Positions 27,056 to 41,100 are shown, counted from the first letter of the whole stretch. The stretch: DNA of 61,396 nt, filler included, from Hausera hauseri (GCA_046269625.1; 12 parts of 12 records of this genome joined end to end with filler, not necessarily neighbours in it), one strand, 5' to 3'. Notes: generated by a model not told the origin, from the sequence alone. Numbers and translations: made by a program.

Positions 27056-27149
27056 AAAGCGTGGGATTAAAGAATAACAATATTAATAATCAATTACTTC
27101 ATATTGAGTCGTAGTAATATTGCAAGAGTGATGCATAAGATTTATTTAT

Positions 27150-27835
27150 TTATGCAATGACGGTTCCGTTTTTCGTTATTTCAACCTCTGCATCAAATAC
27201 ACTGTAAATATACATCACGGTAGACTGTTCCAACACGGGTAAAGTGAACCTCCAATCGCAGGTTTCCCTTTTAAGGTAATTGAACCTGCTCAACGTCATA
27301 GTCAGGAGCAAGGACAAATGTGAAGAATGGATAGGTGGACTTGAACAAATCCATCGATATGCCATTGTTGATGGTTTTGTTGAGCATACCCATGTTGCGC
27401 ACGATGGATTGCATATGTGCAAACATAATCACTAGACTCAAAGTTTTGTTTGTACGTCTTAACGAAATCCGCATTCCCACCGAAACTGATGTAATTTATA
27501 TTGCTATGTGTAAACGTTTCCGAATTGCTCGTATAACTTCCCGTTTGTTGAACAGTCGTTTGAAATGTAACGAGCACGAATTTCGGCAATCGCATGTCGC
27601 CAAACAGTGCATCTTTGTAAAACGTTGAACCTTTGGGTATGGTGTAAAAGACGAATTCTGTGCGTTTTAATGGGTAACATGCATTTGGTGATTCCAAGCT
27701 TAATCGATGTCCCTTGAGCACAGATGGTTCTACCTTTACACAACGTACGTATAATCGTGCCTCAGTAATTTTCAGTATGGGTTTGAGAATTGCAACGGCG
27801 GTTTTCAAACAAAAGACATTGTCGCTGCGTTTGAG
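27150..27835 (-). pseudogene. Polinton major capsid protein (double jelly-roll), C-terminal half
   Basis: LKITEARLYVRCVKV...YPLKR...LPKFVLV...YPFFTFVLAPD...GNLRLEVHF...YSVFDAEVEI. Confidence 0.85.
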
Positions 27836-28803
27836 CCGATGTAGATGCCACAGGTAGGTACATTGGATTATCGAGCTTGACAGTGACATTGTCGCCGGCA
27901 GTATACCTGCTGCTTTCCAGATAAATTGCGCGGAGTAGCGGTACAGGTATTCCACCGACCAAAATCGGTTCGGTGACGTTCACGTAAATGTACATTTGTC
28001 TTAGACCAGTTTTCAGTTTGGGTTTAAGTGTTGCAACACGTGCCGCCGCCGCAGCTGTCGATGCCTCAAACCGCTGTTTTCCAAAACCTAATACTATGGC
28101 CAAAGATTTGTCCAGTGAAATGTCGACAATTTCCTTAGCCAGTTCAAATTTAATGTACCCATTTGCATCTGACTCGAAAACTTTAAATATCTCCTTGTAC
28201 TTTTGATTTGAAGAAAAGTGTTGACAGATATGTGCTACACATTCGCAATAGACATTGTCTCCAATCGATACATATGACATTGACACCCTTTCCGTTGTAT
28301 AGGTAAATTTCACCGTTGTCTGGTAATATACGGGACTTAATCTTGGACCAACTGCATATTCACTTTTAATGTGTACCTTTGTACTCTGTAATTTTGTATG
28401 AAAATTTCTGCACCATCTCAGAGGACGGAAAGGTAACAGTAAATTCAAAATCTGTCATAAAATGTAAGTTTCGATCTAAAATAATAACACCGATTTTGCC
28501 GTGTGAACCATAATTTGCTTCTCTCATTCAAATGGCCAATTCCCCAACCGTTATTTTATTGTTTGTAAGTGTCAGAGGACAAAAATATGTTTTGGTTTTA
28601 GTAATACTTTTGTTGTACGTTATTTTCATATTACCTTTCAATGCCACCGGTGCGTAGGGAAAGTTAAATTCCGTCAGTGCAACCGCCCATTGTCCAGCAG
28701 ATAAATCCAAAGGATTTTTCCAATCTACAACGTATTCACTGGCGGAATTTTTCGGTCGAGTTGTTGGACAATTGTTGCTCGGCAACACCATGTGAATACT
28801 CAT
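27836..28803 (-). pseudogene. Polinton minor capsid (penton) protein 1
   Basis: MVLPSNN...PKNSASEY...PLDL..QWAVALTEF; C-terminal MYIYVNVTEPILVGGIPVPLLRAI...PMYLPV. Confidence 0.85.
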
Positions 28804-28845
28804 TTTCTCGATGATAGTGATGATAGTGATGACGCAGTTTGTTTA

Positions 28846-29105
28846 TTATCGACGACGTCGTAAATGTAACGTCAAATGTGTCGTTGACCCGAACAGAAAT
28901 TTAATGGGTTCCCAAAATTCATCAAGTATATAGACTGAAATACTGTGCACAATATTGTGAGGCAATGATAAGTACATAGGTCTGAACATAATAACGCGAA
29001 CAGTTTCACCCGATGATTTGTACGTGTCAGAATCCAGTTCGATAGAAGCCAGTAGTTGTTTACGTTTTCCACCAACAAGTATGGATTCGGTTAAGTCCGT
29101 TAAAA
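28846..29105 (-). CDS. Second penton/minor capsid paralog, C-terminal part (not in ORF track)
   Basis: Open frame LTDLTESILVGGKRKQLLASI...FRPMYLSL...ISVYILDEFWEPIKFLFGSTTHLTLHLRRRR*. Confidence 0.8.
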
Positions 29106-29205
29106 NNNNNNNNNNNNNNNNNNNNNNNNNNNNNNNNNNNNNNNNNNNNTTAATTAATTAANNNNNNNNNNNNNNNNNNNNNNNNNNNNNNNNNNNNNNN
29201 NNNNN

Positions 29206-29590
29206 ATTCTTATAGTGAATCGTATTTGCTTTCGAGCACACCCGGTCACATGTGCTAATCATCAATATTGGATGTATCCGAAAACCGATATTATAGATTT
29301 TTGCACACTTTCACATGTGCTGCGCACCTGCACTGTGCACCAATTGATGAGCACTAATGTGCAGTATCGATTAGCATTTGGTCCCAATCGATTCGACCAA
29401 TTGTTCAATGTTCAGCTATCAATTTGTGAAATGTGCAAAAAAATGCTGAGCAACGTGCTTAACGGTATCTAACGTTGCCTAGCAAATTTCCGATCGATAT
29501 GCTCCATGTGCGCCATCGATTGGCACTTGTGCAAATTTATTTATCGATTCGCACACCCCCGTCGGGGTGGTGCAGACTTCCCATTTTCTA
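29206..29590. repeat. Palindrome-rich 'common region', copy 1 (3' end with GC hairpin)
   Basis: Aligns by eye to 34330-34705 and 43850-44180; CACCCC..GGGGTG hairpin followed by CAGACTTCCCATTTT. Confidence 0.85.
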
Positions 29591-31299
29591 CCTACTTTCT
29601 GCAACCTCACCAAACGTAGGGGTGCTAACCCTTGGTTTAAAATCGCCAAGTTTTCCTTGAGGCACATGCCTAAACCTCTCATTTTCTCTGGAGGTTTGCT
29701 CTATTTTCTCCAACTCCTTCTCTACTTCTTCTATTTCTAAAACTTTTATCCCTACTTTGCCATCGTCAATCCTTTTATAGCTTTACCTTCCTTTTCAAAT
29801 TGTAATTTCCTTCTTTTAAATGGTGCTTCATTTACTTCCATATCAATGTCTACTTCTTGCTCTTTTACCCCCTGCGTAATATCCCAATCCATCGAGATCC
29901 TTTCATTGGCCCAACTTATTGACCATATTTTCTATAGATCTCTCTTCCTTGACTTTTACAAACTTATAATCTTCTTGTGGAACCCATTCCTGTGGTGCTC
30001 ATTTTTGCCCCATAAAATTGGTATATAGTATGTTTTACTTAAATACACAAACAAATGTAAATGAAAAAAATTTTATGCATCGTTTTCAATTCGTTTAATA
30101 ATTACATGCCGATTGAATTTTTTTATATACTGATTTATTCAGTTTTGTTATCCAATGTAACATTTCAGAAATCGTTTGGTGTTACTATTTTAGAAATTAC
30201 GTTCAGGCTAAAGTTAATGATATGTTACTTATTCAAGTCAATCCGTACAAATTAAATTTTTACCATTTTGTTAATTTTGATCTCGAGATATTACTGAAAC
30301 GAATTTGTCGGATTTAATTTTATGGAATATACTACAATGACCTTTTCGCTTCCTAATACTCAATCAGTATTACAGATGTCTCAAAATCTACCGAATTCTG
30401 ATGAAAAAAATTACAGATGTGAACGTTTTTCGTTGGGTCCAAATAATGCATACGATGATAAAATATTTCTCGTATCAAAACCAACCAACCAATCCACAAT
30501 TACGTACTTCCGTGCGATTAAATTATTCGAAAAATATGCAACCCTTCTCAATTCCACTTTAGGCTTCGTATTAAATTTTTCAAACAGCTCATAGCCAACT
30601 TGGAGCACTTGCCACACTGTAATTTGATGATCTTCCCATTTTCCTTTTGTGTTTTCTCATCTTTGCTGGAAAGGGAACATTTTGACTTAAATCTGACTTA
30701 CATCTAATACATCCGAAACAAACGATACTATTACCTTTAAAAAATTTCCTACATAAATATAAACCACTATCGTTCTTTGCTATTCTACATTTTCCTGCAC
30801 TTTTAACCTAATTTTAAGTTGTACTTCTACTACTTTTATCAACAATTCCCTTACACAGGATATTTACCATCTTTCTTTTACTTCTACTATCTGATCGGGA
30901 AACCGTAGTTCCCTAATCTTAATAAACATTCTAACTAAGAAATGCCAAAATTGGGCACTTCCATCTTTCAACTTATTAGGAATACTAACCGGTGAAATAA
31001 AGTTCATCTCTCAACAACAATCAAGGCTATACAATGAAAGACTGCTTTGAGTAACTGCTATAAAATTACGTTACAATATATAGATTGTGTTTTTGAAATT
31101 TTTTAAATTTCAGATTGTAACATAATTATATTTTGTATTAGTCAGGTTGTTTTACGTTATGAATTACTAAATAAATTTGTTTCAATAAATACATTTGTGG
31201 GTTTCCTTCAAATTCAAATAACCTATCCGGATACTATTGCATTTTATCTATAATTGAATTTAACAGGCTGCTGCTTTCCGCTAAGCAATGTATGCTGTC

Positions 31300-32550
31300 C
31301 ATTTATTGTCGGTGGTAAACGATAATGAAGATATTGACACCAGTGAACTAGTTCTGATGATGGTGAAAATGACATTGTACAGTCCACAGATGATCAAGGG
31401 CATATTGGTGCATTTGAGGGGCAATAGTAAAGAAAGTTCTGATGATGAAAATGAAAGAAATTCCCATCAAAGCAAAGGAAAATGTTTTGCGAATGATATA
31501 ACTCACAGCATGAATCACCCCTGGATCGTGTATGGCCGCGTAACATAATGCTCGAGAGACCCAGGAGATTAACTATTGTTTAATTAGAATTCAGGCCTTT
31601 CAACTATACATGCCAAAAGATATTTATAGGAGTGGCTGAAAGAAATACAAACAGAAAAATTAGAGGTCAGCTTCGCGTACCCAACAAAAGCTATTACTAC
31701 AGCAGGACGTTTCAATACAATAAAATATTAGTCTGTCTTGGAATTTTCATCAGAGCTGGCTGCAATCGAGACAACTTGACAGCCACTAGAGATATGTGGG
31801 ATAATGTCGATGGAAAACAGTTTTATAAATCCTCCAAGGGTTTAAACATATTCAAGTACTTTTTGAAGACAATACGATTTGATAATTACTGAACTGGTCA
31901 AGGTCGTTTAGCTAGTGATCGTTAAGCTGCAATATCGGAAGTATGGGATAAATTTATTTACAACCTTTGTCGGTTTTACATTCCTTGCTCAACTCTTACA
32001 GTACATGAACAACTTTAGGCTATAGAGGGATAGTTCCCTGTAGCATGTACATTCCTACAGAACCCAAGAAATATGGTCTCAAAATCTCTTGGATCTGTCT
32101 CTGAGAAAAATCGAAATGTCTTGTTTAGGTCTTCTCACGGCAGAGGTGATATTTCACGTGAAAATAGTAAACCGATATTGAATACTACTGATTACATGAA
32201 GGCAAAGTTGGTGTCGACTAAATGGACGAGAATTTAGCTGTGTTCAGCTGCGTTCGAAAAACCTTTCGTTGGACATTATTAGTGTTTTTCAACATGATAA
32301 ATGTGTTAGTTAATAACGCGTTTTGCACATGAATCCTGATGGATATCATAAGAGCCGTAAACAGTTTATGAGATAATTTTCTTATGATTTGGTTACAGTT
32401 ACATGACATACCTTTACCACTTATTATTTTAGGCGTACTGATAAGGGTTTACAATGTTCAGCATTTGTAATCATAACCCTAAAATTGTGTATGTGTCTGT
32501 GTCATGTAATAATTTCGTGACTGCATGCAAGTGTGTGTTTCCATAGTAAA
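31300..32550 (+). mobile_element. piggyBac (PGBD4-like) transposase remnant
   Basis: LGIFIRAG...IRFDN...AAISEVWD...LTVHEQL*..YRG...YIP.EPKKYGLKI...GVD. Confidence 0.88.
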
Positions 32551-34014
32551 GTCTTAATAAATGTTCCTAAGGTGATATTCATTACATCATATCTTACGCA
32601 ATATTTTTTGATCTCTGTAATTTTTATGGTTGTTGGTAGATTCATCAAAAACTACTAATTACTGCGAAATATTTAATTTGGATAATTCTTTTTCATTTAG
32701 GTACGTTTAAAATGTAACCAGGTGCATATGCATACTCTGACCACCTAATCATCAAATTGTACTGAATTTATAAATTTAGTTAAGCTCACTAATTCAAAAT
32801 ATTAAAATTGATATTCTGCGACTTATGGTCGAAAACCAAGATTGATTTCTAAAAGCCTGTCATTCCCGTTATATTTTATATAATCTTCATGATTAAACGA
32901 ACTCAACTGACAAAATACTGTTTGAAATTTTAAACCGATGCATATCATATTTTTTCTTTTTCAATTCTTCTAGCAAAAATCCATTTTAGTATCCGTCAAA
33001 GAAATGTGTTCATCAAATAGCATTTGTACTGCTCTCGGTTATTTCCGGCTCAATTTTGATAAATTTTCTTGAGGTAATTGCAGAAATGAGAAAAGCAGAG
33101 TAAAGATAAAAATAGGTTTTTTGTGTATTCTTTCGAATATTCTGATTGAAGTAATACTTTTGAAATTATTTTAAAATTATTTAATGTACACGTTAAATTT
33201 AAAATACAATGTAGCTTCCTAAGTTTTATGGAAAAGTAATTGCATCTAATTGCGTTTCTTGAATGAGAAAAATAAAATTATTTTTACGAATGTTTTAAAT
33301 AAAATAAAATTACGTGGGAGGTGACATTTTGAATCAATTGTATTACTTCATACCATCGACAGTTTGTTGGGTAATTATCAAGAAATGCTTAGTGTTTATT
33401 CAGATTCGAACTTCTGCACTGAACTGTCTCACACCAAGATGTTCTGCTAAGAGCGGAAACTTGTTGTTCAATGAAGAACAGAAGACAAGGTAACATATGC
33501 GAACGCTGGTAAAATGCGATTCTTAGAAGGGGCACTACTTTACTTCTAAACGCCGATTTCGATTAAATTCTGTATAATGGGTGTTTTCTAGAAATTTGCA
33601 TTGATCTATTGTTAAAATAAAAACAGCTTAACTTAAACAAAATTAAATTTTATTAACAGGTACATTAACAATGACAACTAATGAATATTAAAAAAATAAT
33701 TAGCGAGTTTTGATTATTCCATTTCGCCGAATAATGTCAACCTTCCTCCTAGTAGATTCCGCTAGTCATCGTATAACGTCTATCAAATTTTCGAAAGCCA
33801 TATTTAAAACGAGTAATCAGCTGTTCAGAATCCTTTGGCATAAACCTTTTTATAACATCTAGAAAATTTCATTCGGTAAACCTTCTAGACATTTAGTGAG
33901 ATTGTGTTCTTTTTNNNNNNNNNNNNNNNNNNNNNNNNNNNNNNNNNNNNNNNNNNNNTTAATTAATTAANNNNNNNNNNNNNNNNNNNNNNNNNNNNNN
34001 NNNNNNNNNNNNNN

Positions 34015-34705
34015 GCACTGCACAGTACATAACAATCTGCATCTTGATGTTCGCTATCTATCTTCACTTAACACCGGTCATTTCCATCAATCCTACGCTA
34101 CACAATGACCAAAATGTTAAAAGTGAAAAAGTGCCTTGGCAACCGTATCCAAGAACACACCTGATTCGCGTATTGCACTGATCGATAGTACACGAAGTAC
34201 TGCACCTTCCAGTATATATACCATATTAATATTATTGATTTTCAATTTATAGCGGAAAGGCCTATGGGAAGTCTGGCCCAGTTGGCAGTTATTCGAAAAC
34301 CAATCAATATATTTAAATTCTAACTGCACTACACACAGTGCATCATGTATGCTACCGATTGCACCCGGTGCCATGCCCCATTAATGAATATTGGTAATAT
34401 CGGAAATCCGATATTATTGATTTTTGCACACTTGTAAATGTTCTGCACACCTACACTGTGCACCAATCGATGCGCACTGATGTGCACTATCGATTAGCAC
34501 TTTGTCCCGATCAATTTGATCAATTCTGCACTGTGCAGCGATCGATTTGTGAAAAGTGCAAAAGTGCCCTTAGTAACCGTGCCTAGGGGCTCCGTCACCT
34601 AGCACTCTTCGGATCGATAGTGCTTCGTGTACAATATCGATTGGCACTATCGATTTATCGCCGCGTGCACCCTGCCCCCCAGGCGGTGGGCCAGAATCCC
34701 CATTT
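34015..34705. repeat. Common region copy 2 (3' part with hairpin)
   Basis: Shared blocks AAAAGTGAAAAAG, GCGGAAAGGCCTATG, TTTAAATTCTAACTGCAC, CGGAAATCCGATATTATTGATTTTTGCACAC and CAGAATCCCCATTTT. Confidence 0.9.
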
Positions 34706-35117
34706 TTACACTACTTCCTTCTGATAATTTGCATACATGATACCTGTATTCTGTCCTTCTGATCTCAACTGCATCTTTTAGATTGGTGGTTTTCGGGCAT
34801 TTCAGAAATCTGATCTGATACCCCATGAAATTTTGGACGGCTTTAAATTGATCCATCCTAAGTGCCTTTACTGTCCTTTTTGGCTGTGTCAGCAATTCAT
34901 CATCTTCGAACATCTTGATAAATTCGGCACATTCTTTATCAATTGCATCTAATGGTTTTGCGCTGATCTTCTTAATTTCTTCTTTTTTGGTACTGGAACT
35001 ACTGGTGGTGGCATTCGTGCAGCGTCTTCAAATGATTTAATAAATCCAACAATTATTTCATCATTAATATCCTCCATTCTTTTTTCAGGTTGAGTGAAAT
35101 ACTGGGAGTCCGTCATT
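34700..35117 (-). pseudogene. Hypothetical protein with basic NLS-like patch, frameshifted
   Basis: MTDSQYFTQPEKRMEDINDEII...PVPKKKKLRR, continued in another frame by MFEDDELLTQPKR... Confidence 0.4.
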
Positions 35118-35344
35118 TCACTGGAGCAGGAAACATCATTGCAATAAGATATTTTGAATAAATGAAAATTATAAGGGCGTCAATACACAATGTCTTGAAA
35201 ATTTTAAAATTCAAATTTGAATTTGAATTTTTGCGATATTCTAGAACATTCTAGAATATTCTGGAACATGCAAAAAATATTTCTGTTTTACTGCATCAAT
35301 TTATTTTACAAATCTAATGCGTTGTTTAACACACGCTTTAAACT

Positions 35345-35842
35345 ATGCCATTTAAGTGCTGAGCAATATTAATTACAAGGGCTTCACTACAGCTCCGTTA
35401 GATGGACTTCTATTCCAAAATAGATCTACACAATGTGCTTTACGATACCCAGAATTTACAATTATACTCTTTTTCAGCGGAAAATGTAGAATAATGAGCT
35501 GCAAACAACCTATCAATCTGTGCAGTTTACCCTTCAATATCAAAATTCAATCAACACAATCAATTAGAGTGATGTGTGATTTTTTTGAGCCGATAAATCT
35601 CAATCTATTGGCAATGAACAGTCCATCTATTTACGAACTTGAATTGTTTCCTGTACTTAGACTAACTTGTTATAATCCTATGTGTAAATGTGTTTCAAAC
35701 CGGAAAAATTGTTATTACCGGCTTGAAATTTTTCAATTATAGTGATTTTGTTATTAGGGCTTTAGGCAATATATTATTATCGACTTATGTCTCTTTTCGT
35801 AAAGCAACATGCGTGTATACAACTTTATTAACACAACAATAA
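35345..35842 (+). pseudogene. Second TBP-fold protein, frameshifted
   Basis: LSNINYKG...FTIILFFSGKCRIMSCKQPI...QSIRV...INLNLLA...YELELFPVLRL, then after a frameshift VNVFQTGKIVITGLK; collinear with 11479-11940. Confidence 0.82.
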
Positions 35843-35871
35843 TAATCTGTCATTATACCACCTCTACGTGA

Positions 35872-36123
35872 TCAATACTGAATATCAACCCCCTCTTCTT
35901 TGTCAATAATAGCGATTTCAGTTTCATCATCACCGTGCACACTGTGTTTGCAATCTTCGCAACATTCTTCAGACAATTCAGTATCTTCAGTTTGATTAGA
36001 TGCATCTACGTATTCATTTTATCCACCAAGGTCGCATTGAACACATGAATATTCTGAAACATCTTCGTAGGACGCATCATATTCTTTGTTCATATCAATT
36101 ACTAGATTATTAATAAAGTCCAT
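35872..36123 (-). pseudogene. Small acidic Cys-containing hypothetical protein
   Basis: MDFINNLVIDMNKEYDASYEDVSEYSCVQC...ELSEECCEDC...; one internal stop; TATATAAA about 100 bp upstream. Confidence 0.4.
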
Positions 36124-36289
36124 TATGCAAGTCATATTCTACATTTAGCACTTGTATATACACCCCAAGTAACACACTTTGTTTTAATGCACTAATTATA
36201 TACCGGCACCAAATTCAATTTATATATAGGTTTTCATTCATGGGAATCGAACGACGTCATTAGATTCTTCGAATAATTTACGCTTGATC

Positions 36290-37351
36290 AAGTATTCGAG
36301 TTCGAATAGCTAATTATTCGACTGTTAAGCTCGAATTCGAATATCTAACATCATATTCCGATTTAACATATATCACTTGCTATCCCCATACGCTCTCAAA
36401 TTTATCGATTCCCGCTTCACTGAGCTTTAAACGCACATTTTGCTTAATTAAAATATTGATTTTATATCTATATAATACATTTTCATGGAATAATTTTAAT
36501 GCATAAGGAGGTTTTCATAAATGATGAATCGATTGCCTTTGTTAGATTTTTTGAAAAGTTCAAAGTTCGATTTTCTAACTCGAAAATATTCGAATTTCGA
36601 ACCTCTGACTTGAGATTCGAGATCACCATAGTCGACATTCTATCTACTCCCGCTAATTATATTATGGAATTTTGAGTCATAGAAGCAAATAAAATCTATG
36701 GGCATTCGCCACAAGTTACACTTCCGATCGATTTTATTCGAAAACTAATTGATAAATTTAAATTCTAACTGCACATTTATACTCTGCACCATGTTTCTGT
36801 TCCAATGCACCCGGCCACATGTCCTAACCATCAATATTAGAAATTTCCGAAAATATTTATTGTTAATTTTTACACACTTGCGCACGTGTTTTTGCACATC
36901 ACAATATACAATAAGGTGCATCTCAACATGCTCTATCTACCTGTACTTGACCCTGATCGATTGCATCAATCCTGCGCTGCACACCACCAAATATGTTAAA
37001 AGTGAAAAGATGACTTACCAACCGTAACGAAAAGAACACTTGATTCGACTATTTTATTAACCGATAGTGCATCCAGTTCTCTACCTACTAGTATATGTCC
37101 AATATTGATATTATGGATTTTCATTTTATAGCGGAAAGGCCTATGTACCTTCGCCCTCAGTTGACGTTTTATCAAAAACCAATAAATAAATTTAAATTCT
37201 AACTGCACATTCACAGACTGCGTCATATGTGCTATCGATTTCACCCGCTACCGGGTTCATATCATCAATAGTGATATTATCGGAAATCCGATATTATTGA
37301 TTTTTGCACACTTGAACATATGTTTTCGCACTGCACAGTACATAACAATCT
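36290..37351. repeat. Common region copy 3 (TCGA-rich block + ~430-bp TGCAC-rich subunits)
   Basis: Collinear with 42945-43980; TTTAAATTCTAACTGCAC at about 36757 and 37191. Confidence 0.9.
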
Positions 37352-37961
37352 CCATGTTTTTCATTGCAACAAGTGCTCTTGCTTCTTCTGTACCTTAGCT
37401 TTACCTACACAGCATCTATACTATTCACAAGTAAACATCCTTGCAAATATTACTAATGTCTGTGTGAAACGTTTTTTAACCTTAGTAAAAGGCCTTGTTC
37501 TCAATCACCAAGACAGTATAACAGAGCATCCTGGTATCAGCTGGAGATAAGGATGGAGGATAATTGTGACTGCAATATACAAAGTGATCTCAGCCGTGTT
37601 ATTTCTTTACAGCTGATGCAGCAGGTACCCAAAGCATTCCAGTTGATTGACTGATTGGCCCTTTTTTGTCCTCTCAGGCAGTTTGAGATGAAGAAAATTG
37701 CCCAGATAAACAGCTTCTTTCATGACTAAGTCAATCAATGTTTGATCTACAACTCCTGTTACAGTCAAAGCATGCTACATTTCTGTTATTCTATTCTGCA
37801 TCTTTGTGTCTTTATGCTTTGCTCTCCAGTTTATCAAATAATGTAGCATCAAACATTGTAATTCCTTTGTGCAGAGATAACTTCCATGATTTAAAGCATT
37901 GGGAGATGTTGTCTTTTGTGCACAAATCTCCCATCCCAGAACCAAGTTTACCAACAATGTG

Positions 37962-38060
37962 TTTACTTACTTACTTATCCCTACGACCCCTTTGTGGAGC
38001 ATAGGTCGTCTACAAGAGCTCTCCAACCTTTCCTGTCCTGGGCCTTTCTTTCTATTTGGT
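37962..38060 (-). mobile_element. RTE-clade LINE 3' end with (TAAG)n tail
   Basis: QIERKAQDRKGWRALVDDLCSTKGS* followed by GATAAGTAAGTAAGTAA. Confidence 0.8.
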
Positions 38061-38160
38061 NNNNNNNNNNNNNNNNNNNNNNNNNNNNNNNNNNNNNNNN
38101 NNNNTTAATTAATTAANNNNNNNNNNNNNNNNNNNNNNNNNNNNNNNNNNNNNNNNNNNN

Positions 38161-41100
38161 TACATATTACCGACCCTTCCATTGACAGCATAATACAAAA
38201 GTACTTCAATGAGCATGCTATCGGAACTCAAAACCCATCGGATTTCCTTAAAATTGCATTTTCTCAGCTGAGTTCCTTAGGCGTCACTCCAATAAACAAT
38301 GCCGGTCTTCTTCGTAGGTATTTTCTTTCTTCTTTACCCACCTCTATCAGAGCGTTGCTAACTGTAGTGGACCATTCAACGGCACTCGAGAAACTCGCCT
38401 TACTGGCAGTCAGAAGTTTCGACCTCTTGCAATCAAATGGTTCACAACCAGTAGCTGCAGCAACCACTCACACACCATCACACACAGATAACATTTTATT
38501 TTTGCAACAACTGCAAATGATGCAGAAACAGTTCGACACCCTCCAATAGGCAATTTCTGCGATTACAGCACAACTCAGTGATTTATCTGTGCCTCGAAGA
38601 ATTGAAAACCGTGTTTCGCGCAATTGTGGCCTTTCAAGGAATTCTTTTCGATCCAGATCTTGAGATGGGAGAATAATTTGCTTTTATCATAACAAATTCC
38701 ACAGAGACGCAATAAAGTGTCTTTTGGGCTGTCGATTTTACGACTAACGTTATGCAGTAGACAGCCCAATCTGCATTTATCACACAAAGTATAAGTCCTA
38801 GGCTAGATCGCGGGTGTCAGGATGCAAATATTATAAAAAGCATTCTAGTTTTTCTCCATCTTCTTCGCTTCCTGCTCTCATCATTTCTATTCTTTTTCCC
38901 AACAAACCTCAAAAAACTAACAACGCCGCCACGGCACATTCTGGTATAGGCAATACCGCTGAATCGTCTGGCCGTCTCAACACCGCCTCGGCAGTTTTTT
39001 TGATAAAAGCTGCATTGCTCCCTGATAATGCCTCACACATAGACTTCCTTATCGATTCAGGAGCTGCATTTTCACTTCTTCCTTTGTCATTCGCTCCTAC
39101 ATCTAACACAGCTTTCTCTCCTCCACTCTAACTGCCTGTGGTTAACCCTTGAACATTGTAGGTACCACAAAATTTTCCTTCACATTCTCCAACCTACCAG
39201 GGAAATTCTTTCGGAAATTTCATATAGCGAATATTAGATCGCCCATAATAGGCTCCGATTTCCTGGCTGCATACGATTTGTTCGTCGACTATAAGCATAG
39301 ATGTCTCCTGCGCAGAAACTCCGTTGCAAACACCAACAAATGTTCACCAGACGACCAGTCATACACCTTGTCCTTCTCTGTTTACTCAATTGTCAATTTG
39401 ACATGCTGTTCATCGACTGATAAGAATAAGCTTAATAATTTATCCATATTTTCAATTGCATCAAGTGGCAACAAATCAATCTTGAAACAATCGGTTGAAT
39501 CGAATGTCGTTAATGAAGTGTTCAGTCATTCTACATCAGTTACAGTTACTGACTTTTCCAATAATATGCCCTCAACATTCTTTTAGTTGGAATCCAATCT
39601 CAAATCCCACATCAAAACTTTTTGTTTCCGCACTCTCAAGAAGGACATCAGTTTCAAGCCGCATTCTACAACTTATCACCACATAGTCACCAAACACCAA
39701 AGACCTATCAGACAAAAGGTCAGACCACTGTCACCTAGTAGACGAAAAGCCATTGAATCAGATTTCAATGAACTCGAAAAGGCTGGCATTATTCGAAGAT
39801 CCAAATCACCATGGGTTTCACCTTTGCATGTAGTGACAAAGAAAGATGGCACTTACAGACCATGTGGTAACTATCGGCAATTAAACAACTTAACAGCCCT
39901 GGATGCTTACCCTTTACCTCTCATAAAGGATATCCTGCACAGACTTACCAACACTAATACGTACTCCACAACTGACTTGCATAAAGCTTATCGTCAAATT
40001 CCGGTTGCACCTGATGATATTCCAAAAACTGCTGTTATTACTCCATTTGGCCTCTATGAATATATTTTTATGTAATTAGGTTTACGTAGTGCTTCCCAAA
40101 CTTTTCAACGACACATTGATACCGTCCTCGCAGGCCTTGACTTTACTCATCCATACATTGACGACATATTAGTTGTCTCCACATCTGTTAAACAGCATCA
40201 AGAACACCTCCGTATTATCTTTCATAGACTACATCACAGCAATTTGCAAGTCAATTTCTCTAAATGTATTTTTTTCAAAAACGTGTTAATTTTCTAGGCC
40301 ACGTGATCACTCCTAACGGCCACTGTCCACAACCGGATCGACTACAACAATTGAAAAACGTAATGCTACCAACGACCACGACAAATATCAGGAGTTTCAT
40401 AGGCACACTACACTTCATCCACAAATACGTACCGCATTGTTCTGAGATCAGAGCACCTTTCGCACATCTATCTTCAGGGAAAAAGAGACAGTTAATCCAC
40501 TGGACTCCTGATTTAGTCAAAAAATTCGATCACTTACGCGAAGGCCTCAAAGCCGTAGAAATACAGGCCTATCCGAAGACCAAGGCAGATCTTATACTTA
40601 CAACCGATGTCTCAACGACAGATACCGGTGCAGGACTATACCAGATTTCCAACGGTGTTGAGGAACCATTAGATTTTTATTCTAGGAAGCTTACACAACC
40701 CGAAAGCCGTTATTTAACATTTGACCGTGAATTACTCTCCATAGTTCTGGCAGTAAAACATTTCAAACACCTACTTCTTCCTCGTCCATTAGTTATTCAA
40801 ACTGACCACAAGCCACTTCTGCACATCTTGTCGTTAAAACAACCATCGCCGAGGCAAGAGCGACATATATCGTACCTGTCTACATTCAGTTTTGTTTTGG
40901 AATACATCTCAGGCACAGATAATTTGGTAGCAGATTTTCTATCGAGGTCGTTTGGCTCCATTACAGTTGAGCCGATTTTCTTATTCGAAGTTTTAAAGGC
41001 AAATCTACCTTCTGCTGACTTCCTTAGTTCCTTCAAATCTTTCGAGATCATTGATGGCATTGCTTTTGATACTTCGAATACCGGTAATAAAATGATCATT

